From the human T2T-CHM13v2.0 reference genome, Homo sapiens, in NCBI RefSeq assembly GCF_009914755.1, contig NC_060939.1: a DNA stretch of 64,000 nucleotides. One strand, written 5' to 3'. Position numbers and translations under genes: made by a program. The stretch's first letter is position 1; every line of letters starts with the position of its first letter. Below are positions 55,001 to 64,000 of this stretch, piece by piece. Under the pieces are notes generated by a model. It was not told the DNA's origin. It saw nothing but the letters and a program-made list of their open reading frames with translations, and did no database searches.

Positions 55001-58000
55001 GGACTGAACCTTTCAATTGTGATATTCCCATCGCCACAGGGAGTAGAGATAGAATAGGATAACTTTAGTCCACAGATTTTCAAACTTGTTCCCTTCTACC
55101 TCTTTTACACAAGTCCCCTTGCTGACAACTGTAGGGAAAAGAAGGAAAAAATGCAGGTTAGAATAACATAGAAGTGGGGTTTTGCAAATGGTGGATTTTT
55201 GTCATCTCTGGCCTGGGTGCTCCGAATTCCTCTGTGGACAGCATGTATTTTAATTTCCATCTTTAAAACTCAGCTACTGAAGGCCAAAAGTAGTTTTTTA
55301 AGCCTTGCAAATTGTCCTTGGGCATTTAGCATTTTAAATGTTAGCCCTGAGTTTCTCTAACACTGAAAAAGACTCCACTGAAAGCAGATGGACTTGCAAG
55401 TCCCTCCATTTGACTCCCACGGTCCTGGGGCCCCTCCAAGCAGTGCAACCTCCAGAGCAAGTCTAGAGCAAAACTGGGAGGAAGCAGTTTGTGCAGAAAG
55501 GTCGTGAAGTCATGACTTGCCATGCCCGTTTCCCCTGCCTTCTTCCTGGGTGAAGCACAGCTGCATCAAAGCTGCCCACTCAGAGACCCCTCAGGGCCCT
55601 GTCTGCCTGTCCCAGCTGCGGCCCTCACTGACCTGCTTTCCATGGGAGAGAATAGGCTCCCAGATCAATTAGCCCCCATTTGGTATTTACTGGCTAAACG
55701 ATATTGGGCAAGTTGCTCAGCTTCCTGTACCTCAATTCCTTACCTGTAAAATGGATTTTGTGCAGATCAAATAATATGATGCATGTAAAGCACTTAGTAG
55801 AGTGCTCAGTACTTATTAGGGGTACGGGAAATGTTAGTTCTTATTATTAATGTGATTAACAACTGTTGCAGGGGAAGTGTCCGTGTGTGATAAGGCCTCA
55901 ATATTTTCCTTTGTATTTCCACATCCAGATGCGTTAGGCAGGAGTGTGGAACCCCCTGGACCTTGACTTAATGGCATTGTGGGAGGCTGCCTGAGTCTGG
56001 AGTGTGTGACAGGGAAGGAGGCCTTGGCTGCCTTTAGCAGCCAGAGCTTGAAAGGCCACAAGATGGCGGTGAAATACACCAGAGAAGGCTCATGAAGGCA
56101 CCTGGAGCTCTTTCTTGCTGGGTGCAGAGTCTTGGGGATACAACTCTAGCAAGACAGAGCCCGTTCCTGTCCTCATGAAGCTTCTGGTTTGGCAGGGGAG
56201 AGAGTAGCAAACAAACCATTGCCCTGGAATTCTCCAGCAGGGGTTTTCTTGTTTGTTTGTTTTTTCTATTTTACTGGCTACATGCACCCAACACAAAGTT
56301 TGGGCCCCTTCTCCCTGCTCTTCCCTGAGCCCTCTCTGTCATAAGTCCCCACTACACTCTTAGGCTCTGGTCCTTGAGCTCACCTACCCCCTTAACCAAG
56401 TCTGGTCCCTGTAACTCTGCACAACCAGCAGAGAGTGAATTTGTTTTGTCCTGCAGATTCTTCATGTTTCTCAGTCGAGTTTTCAGGTTAGGGTCTGACT
56501 CAGTGGGGTCAGTTCCTAGGGAAGCTCCATCTCCCTAATATTCCTACTGAAAAGTAGTTTCAGGAATTCAGATAACATTGATTGAACTTGCAGTATGTGA
56601 GAAGCACCGTGCTAAGCACTCAGTATACACGATCTCATTTAGTTCTCTTAATCGACCTTTGAAATTGGTACTATATTTACCCTAATCTTATAGATGAGGA
56701 AATTGAGGCTAAACAACATACCCAGATGTCACAGTTTGTCAGCTGCAGAGCTGGGATCTGAATTCTGTTTATGTTCTCTCTGGTTCCATGCAGCTTCCAT
56801 GGGGGCACAGGCACTTCTTTCTGCCTTGAGGCTTGCCATTTCTGATGTTCAACTTTTAGCCCATCCAAAGCTCTGTCTCTTTGACATTCTAGGCCTTTCT
56901 CAGCCAGGAAGCAGCCAGCCCTCTGTCCCCAGGATCTGTGTCCTGCCTGCTTCCTCTCAGTCATCCCAGTCTGCTCTCCATGCTGCCCCACTGGCTGGTA
57001 GCTCTGGTCCCACCTCTGCCAAACATCTCTACACCCTCCCAGGGGCGGCTCAAATGGCACGGATGGCTCCTCTATTCCACCTGGCTCTCCAGGACTGCCT
57101 CCCTCACATCTCCTGTAACACTGTACACTGGCCTGTGCAGGTTTTGTCTTTGCATCTGAAGGGTCAGCTGTGCAAGCTCTTGTCTAGCTGTCTGTTGTCC
57201 TATGACTCCTAGCACTGAGCACCACACACTGAAGGCACAGTTTTGCCTTGGGCCCAACGTCTGCCAGCCCCATTCTGCAGATGTGGTGAAAAAGCAGAAC
57301 TCCAGGTATCCTGTTTATCCAGCCTCAGCGGATGATTACTGCTGGTTTGTTTGAGTTTTGCTGTGGCCATATTGGACAGTCAGTCAATAAATAAACCCCA
57401 GGAAACCGCTGACAACCCACGACATGATGCCTCCTTTGGCATCATCAATTACAAAATGTGCCATATTTGTCACTTGTCCTACCTCTTCCCTTGGGAACCC
57501 AGTGATCTGTTGCTTGTCCTTGAACACTGTCCCAAACCTGCTTGCAGAGCCGTCATTCACACTCAGTTGTGACCAAGTGATAGTGCTCCTTTTGCTCCTC
57601 TTGGTGGGGGCATGCAGCCTGTTTTAACCGGAACCAAAGCTGAAGCTAAAGGAAAGAAGGGTCGATGGAAGGATGGCAGACAACCTCAGGCAAGGGACCA
57701 TGCCTACCTCCAGGAATTACACCTAGGCCACCTGATTTCATCTTTATCTTGACTTTTGATATTCTCTAAGGGATAATTTTCTGCGGAAGGATCTCAGGGT
57801 GGGGAGGCTGGGGCCCTGTTGACTGTGAGAGTTCCTTCGCCAGCTGATAAGTGTGTCTGTCAGCTCCCAAAGAAAGGGGCGCCCCATAACCTGACCTTGC
57901 TCTTCTCTTCTTACCTTCTGGGCGGCTCCTTCATGGGCTCCTCGCCTTCCTCTCACTCTCCAACAATGGGCTTCTTTCAGCCCCGGCCCCTTCCCTTTGC

Positions 58001-58313
58001 CATTTCCCTCTCTCTGAGCTCGTCTATTCTCATGGTTTCATTAGCACCTCTTTGCAGATGACGGGCAAGTCGACCTCTTCAGCCATGACCCTTTCCTGTG
58101 CCCCACACCGCATTTCCAACCGCTGACAGGACATCTCCACTCTCAGGTCCGAAGGCCCCTCAGTGTGCCCAAGGCAGCGTCCTCCATCCTCTCACTCCCT
58201 TCAAGATGGCTTCCTCAGTGCGCATCCATTCAAGCAGGCCTCCCGCCAGGCTTCCTAGAGTCCCTAGCTAGCAACTTTGGAGTCATTTATCAAGTCTATT
58301 GAATGCTGGTCTT

Positions 58314-58350
58314 GCATCAGGCATCAGGCATCAGGCATCAGGCATCAGGC
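58314..58350. repeat. (GCATCAG)5 heptamer tandem repeat
   Basis: Five perfect copies plus GC. Confidence 0.95.
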
Positions 58351-58739
58351 TTGGGCTAAGGGTAGAGAAATGAATAAAAGTCACTGAGAGACCTTAAGGG
58401 ACTCAGCGTAAAGAAGAGAAATGCACGAAGAATTTAAGACAATCACAAGATTGACAGAGGTGTGGAGGGTGCCATGCAGGGCAGCATTCCATAAATGCTT
58501 CTTGGTGAGGAGGTCTTAGCCTTGGCTGGTCTTGCCTTTCCTTCCTGTTCCCACTGCCGCCATGTTGGTTCAGTCTCCTGTCACTCACAACAAGATGAAC
58601 AGCAATGTTCTCTTCTCTGTCTCCTTGATGGTAAATTTCTCTTCAGTGCCAACTAATTTTCCCAAAATACTGCTCTTACCACCTCTCAAGAAAAAAACCC
58701 ACTTTGTGCTCCATCCTTTCTCTGCGGCCTTATTTTATC

Positions 58740-58970
58740 ACAGTGGTTAGCAGGTGAGCTCTAGTGTGAGGCTCACCATGCTAGAATCTCAGCCCTGCTA
58801 CTTAGTTGCTCGGTGACCTTTGACAATATACTTAACCTCTCTGTGCTCCGCTTTCCTCATCAGTAAAATGGGGATAATAATAATACCTACCTTATTGAGT
58901 TGTAAGGACAGAATGAATTAATACAGGCAAAAATTATAAGCCCTGAATAAGTGGTAGCTATTATTATTGT
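58740..58970 (+). mobile_element. MIR element
   Basis: cttaacctctctgtgctccgctttcctcatcagtaaaatggggataataataatacctacc core. Confidence 0.8.
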
Positions 58971-60927
58971 TCTTTTCTATTGCTTTTAAGTAGAAGGGGC
59001 TCTCTGTTCCTTTGAGGCCTCCTTGAAAGCCTTGAGGAGTTTTCTCTCTGTTCTCCATGATGCTACCCTTACCCAAAACACTGGCTTCTCTGGTTATGTT
59101 GCTCCTGCCCATTTCTCAGAGCCAGATCAGTCCCCTTAACTTACATGGAATGTTTCCCAGTACCTGAAATAAATAAAACTTTCTTTACAAAAACACATGG
59201 TAGGCCAGATTTGGCCTGCGGATTGTAGTTTGATGAGCCCAGCTCCAGATGAGAGTCAGTTTGCTGGACAAATTCACTGCTCAGCAAGACTCTCCGAATT
59301 TTCCTCCTAGGAACAGATGCCTTCCTCGTTGTTTGGACTTGAGTCAGTCCCGGCAAATGTTTAAGTGGCCTGGCCTGGAGAGCTAAGGTGAGCAAGCGCT
59401 CCTTGTCTGACAGCTTTGTTCCTGAGATCAGCCAGAGCAAGGGAGGATGGGACCCAGGGGGCTGAAGACATTTAAGCAAAAGAAAACCAGAAGTTCTTCT
59501 CATCCCTTTCTTCCTCCCTAACCCACGGTCCATTCCCGCTGCCCTCAGCCCTGGTCCCAGAGGTAAATAAATAGACGTTTTATAACCACCTCGGACAGAT
59601 TTTTGTTATTAAGAAAGGAAATTAAAAGTCTCTTAAGTGTAGATAATATGGAGCTTGCTAGACAAATTGACAATAGCCAGGAAATTTGAAACGCACGGCT
59701 CCAAGCTCCTCCACCAGAGTGACTTTCGTTTGTGAGCTCTCTGGGCTTGCCTGGCTTCCGGGTGTGACGGTGCAGCCTCGAATGTTCTGTCAGTGGACGC
59801 CGTGGTTTTCTGTGAGAAACACATTCTGTGGGCTGTGCTGCTTTGCCCAGTATTGATGAGGCATTTGTGAGGACCCCTCCTCCTCCTCAGGCCCCACTTC
59901 CCCTTTTTCCTCCTTGAAGCTTGGGGGAAGGCAATGAACTCCCCAAAAAGAGCCCAAATCCCTAAGCTCTGAGGCACCCTCTTTTAATGGAATCCTCTTT
60001 TAAGGGATACAGAAACATTTCTCTCAGGAACTAACTGTCCTGCTTGCATTCTCCATAACCCCTTTTGTTGTCACCAGGGGAGTAATTATAATTTAAATCG
60101 ATGGGTACTTGAGAGAAGGCGAACGATTTGCCCTCCCTTAGCACTTGACATTTTGAACATTGGACAATGAGAGGTGACTTTGTTTATTTATTGAGCTATT
60201 ATGGCTTAGTGCTTAGAGGAGTTCCTGCCAAGAATGGAAAGAAACCTCCTTTTTGGATCATGTCTTTAAGCACAAACCGCTTTGTTACTGGTCAATATTT
60301 GGGGGCAAAATCCAGTGAAAGCTATGTTCATTTGATATACCATACATTTCCCTCTATCTCACTGAGTATGCCGAAAATAAATGCTGTCTTTAGTATTTCC
60401 GACATCTGGTCTTAATATTTGAAAGTCTGTGTTTCATGTACTTTTTTGATAGACAGCATTTTTTTGTGGAGCATTTTGTTGTTAGAGTATGTGAAATGTT
60501 GATATTAATCTGAGCTGCCCTGGTCTTCATGGAACACAAGGCCAGTCTGAAACAATCCTTGGGAGCATCTTTGGGAGAGTATTTTTGGGATCAAGCAACA
60601 TATTTTGACATCCTTCCAAGGGCATTTGACTGTGTTTTGTGGAAACACTGTGTACATTTAACCTGGAGGACTGCTAGGCAGGTTTGCTGCTCACATCCAA
60701 TCTCTCCAATCAGTATATCTGGTGCTACTATGGTAGGAACGTTGACAGGTTCAAAGAACAGATGTCAGGATTGACCTCCTCCACTCCGTGTTCCTGGACC
60801 CAAAGGAACCGGAGGGCTCTGTGAGTAGAGGGCTGAGCTGTGTTTTGAAGGGGGCTTCAACCCTTTCTGGATTTGAATGGACATAAAAGCTGACACCCAT
60901 TCTCAAATAGCCTGGCTCATGCAGATC

Positions 60928-61233
60928 TTTTTTTTTTTTTTTTTTTTTTTTTTTGAGATAGGGTCTCACTCTGTTACCCAGGCTGGTGTGCAAGACACAG
61001 CCTTGACTCATTATAACCTCTGTTTCTTGGGCTCAAATGATCCTCCCACCTCAGCCTCCTGAGTTGCTGGGACTATAGGGGCACACCACCATGCCTGGCT
61101 AATTATTGTATTTTTGTATTTTGCACTTTCATCATGTTGCCCAGGCTGGTCTCCAACTCCTGGACTCAAGTGATCTGCCTGCCTTGGCCTCCCAAAGTCC
61201 TGAGATTACAGGCATGAGCCACTGTGCCCGGCC
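60928..61233 (-). mobile_element. AluJ element
   Basis: Long poly(T) plus diverged Alu body. Confidence 0.92.
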
Positions 61234-64000
61234 CCATGCAAGCAGCTCCACAGACTGGGCCAGATCTGATGGGTACCAGCGCTCTGGTCATATGCAGAGT
61301 GATGTCCACTATCCCTGTTAGCTGCTCTAGGAAAAGAACCTGCTGATGAAAGTAAAATGTATAAAGTTCATGAGAATTAGGGTGGTGTGGAAGAATTTGG
61401 GATGAGAAGGTATGGTGAAGTTGAGGCAAGGGGATGTGACAGTCACCAGCATTTTAGACTTGGAAATTCTTAGACCTGGCTAAGGTCACAGAACTAGTTA
61501 TTGTTAACTAGACTAGATCATGGGACCAGAGCTGTGTGTCCCCACTTACAAATCAGCTGGGACCAGAATAGAGAATCTGTTCGTCCCTGGTCAGAAATGC
61601 TGATTGCATTTACACGTATTTTTTTCTTTTTCATATAAATTAATAAAGTGTCAGTAAAACTTTCTAATGCAGATTCCCTAGATGAGTGAAAAAGAGCTAA
61701 GACCAGGACATTGAGAACCCTAGGGACATAGTCAAGTATTGACTCCTGCAGAACAGCCCCCTGAAGCCACCTCTTCTCAATCTTCTTTCCATTGCATCTG
61801 CTTCATTGCAAGAGAATACTATGGTCTTGCGTGTGGTTTCTTTCTTTTTTTTTTTTTTAAACATACAAGTCTACTTTGAATTAAACTTCATTATTGAATT
61901 CGTGATTCCCAGATGCTCTCTTCTTAAGTTCACTGAAGAAGAAAATTAAATAGAAATGCACCCAGTATAAGAGAAATTTGTCATCCAATTGAATATATTA
62001 AGGTAGAAACCCTGGATGAAAAAAATCCCAGAGCATTCTTGGTCATAGTTTGGTGGTGCCTCGAAAGAGAAAAGATCTTGTAATCCCCAGGATGACATTC
62101 ATTTTGGCAACCACTCATAAAGACTTCTTATAAAGTTACAGGGTGCTCTTGGAACCATGGTGGCCTTGTCCAACTTGTTTAAACTCTACTTGTTGATGAA
62201 GAATCTCCAAGATATGTGGTTAAGAGAAACGACCATGGTGTAGACCAGGGTGCATAGTATATGGCTATGTGGTTAAAGCTAAAAAGAACATCTGTAAATG
62301 TGCATATATGGTATATATAGGGAAAGATATACAAAAGCTGGCAAGCTTGCGTCAGGGAAGATGAGCCCAATGGCCACGGTCCAGGGTAGGAGAGGGACTT
62401 GCTTTTTACTGTATAGTCTTTTGTATCTTTTGAAATTTATACCATGTACCTGCATTATCAGTTCCAAAAAATTAGTTGAAACCAGTAACTGAAAAAATAA
62501 CTACTTAATGAGCCCTCTGTCTACCCTTTTGGAACCCAGCTTTCTAAAAGAAGACAAAACTTACCAAACCAACTTATAGAGAAAAGTACTCTCACCCCTA
62601 GCTCATTTTCATTCCCTGGCTGACCTACCAGCAGAACCTCCGCCCCCCTGCGGCCCGATACCATCATTTTTAATGAAGTTAATTTTTATTTTTATTTTTA
62701 TTTTTACTATTTTGATAACCACTTTCTGTGAAATAATAGTTTTTTTTTTTCAAAACTTGGCTCATATCTCCTTTTATGTTAGCAGTCATGGCATAGAAAA
62801 GCTGCCCACAGAATGACATACATCAAAAACAGTTTTCTGTTTAGACGGATAGCTTTAAGTGTGTGCAAACAGGTGCCTCTATGTGTGGAAGGAAGACATG
62901 CTAGATTATTTGGGGTCCACCTGCAGAGGAATGAGCTAATTTACAGAAGAGTGAAGCAGGCTCTGCACTGAAGGCCAGGGTTAAGGCATATAGCTAATGA
63001 TAAAATAAATGAATGTGACTTTCTAAAAATGTCATGGGGGAGAAGAAAATGAGGAGGAAGGGAAAACTGGCCTCTATAATCTTGTAATGTTACAAATAGA
63101 ATTGCCATGTGACTCAGATCTTCTCAGAGGTTAGAGGGCATAGGTCACTTTTTTAGTGGTGCATCTTTGTCATTAGACGAAGAATAATTGGGAGGAAATG
63201 ATTTCACCCCAGAGTTTAAATTCCTCGGTCACTGCCTCATTTTCTTCCATAGATCCATAGGAATCTCCTGGGAGTGAAGTGGAGCCTGTGCATTTCCTAG
63301 AGTTGGGCTTTTTGGGGTTTTGGTTTGGATCTATGGTGTTGCTCTCTTGGGGACAGAAAGTATGGACAGGGCACAGGCGCAGAGACAGGTCACTCTCTGT
63401 GTTTCATTCCCGTCCTGACACTTTCTAGCTGTGTAGCTTTAGATAAGCCACGGGACATTTGTGGATTTGAGTTTTTGCATCTGTACAATGAGTTACTAAT
63501 ACTAAGCTGGAAGGGTGCTAAGGGGACTGAGTGTGAAAATTGGTATCAAGCTCTAAGAAGCGTTTCCTTTCCTTTTGCAGAGAGTGCTAGAAGGGAGACT
63601 GCTGTCCCCACAATGGCTGCAGCCCCATTCCTTTTTCCAAGCTGCCTGGGTGAACATTCCAGGATCCTGACATTCTGTGGAAATTGATGAGTGCTTGCTC
63701 AAAGGTCGATGATGTGCTACAGATGGCATCACCTGTTAGAGACAGAGCTTTCTCAAGAGGAGCTTTGATTTCCTTTACTTCCCGAACTGCTATTTCACAG
63801 TCTCTCAGTAGATGTCAGCAGCACAGCAAACATCTCACTGCCCATCATGGAAGCAGGTTGGTTCAAAAACTTTTCCAATTAAAGAAAAAAAAAAAAAAGG
63901 AATTAGTTCTTTCCTTTGCAATTTTCTTCAGAAGCCCCAGAACCAAAATGGTAAGATCTAGTGGCTTCAAAGTAGATTCCTGAGAGGATTACTCAGGGTG

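Noticed and set aside
56677-57257. 172 aa and 127 aa antiparallel ORFs
   Set aside because: The longer one begins in a MIR-like core (atgaggaaattgaggct); composition is unremarkable and there is no splice or homology support.

Overview
Human (at least hominid) genomic DNA containing the complete POLR2M gene (GRINL1A/Gdown1, a negative regulator of RNA polymerase II) on the + strand. It has a CpG-island promoter near 19.0-19.7 kb and four coding exons (19286-19398, 21157-21801, 24427-24631, 26969-27112) that join into a 1107-nt ORF (368 aa + stop). From general knowledge of the locus (15q21.3), MYZAP lies upstream of the window and reads through into POLR2M (GCOM1). The rest is intergenic or intronic DNA rich in Alu, L1, L2, LTR and DNA-transposon copies. 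These include a full-length Tigger1 carrying three Alus and a very young L1HS-Ta insertion. Almost all other ORFs in the track are repeat artefacts. I found no clear new protein-coding system. The most interesting signals are: (1) an out-of-frame overlapping ORF whose strong-Kozak ATG sits inside a YY1 motif upstream of the Gdown1 start; (2) several locally templated duplications or repair scars, two of them in one L2 element; (3) a 2.4-kb array of hairpin-forming TA-rich units bracketed by a 37-bp inverted repeat; (4) a candidate readthrough exon at 4343-4416; (5) a perfect 20-bp tandem duplication in the promoter. Repeat subfamily names are recognised by eye and boundaries of old repeats are approximate.
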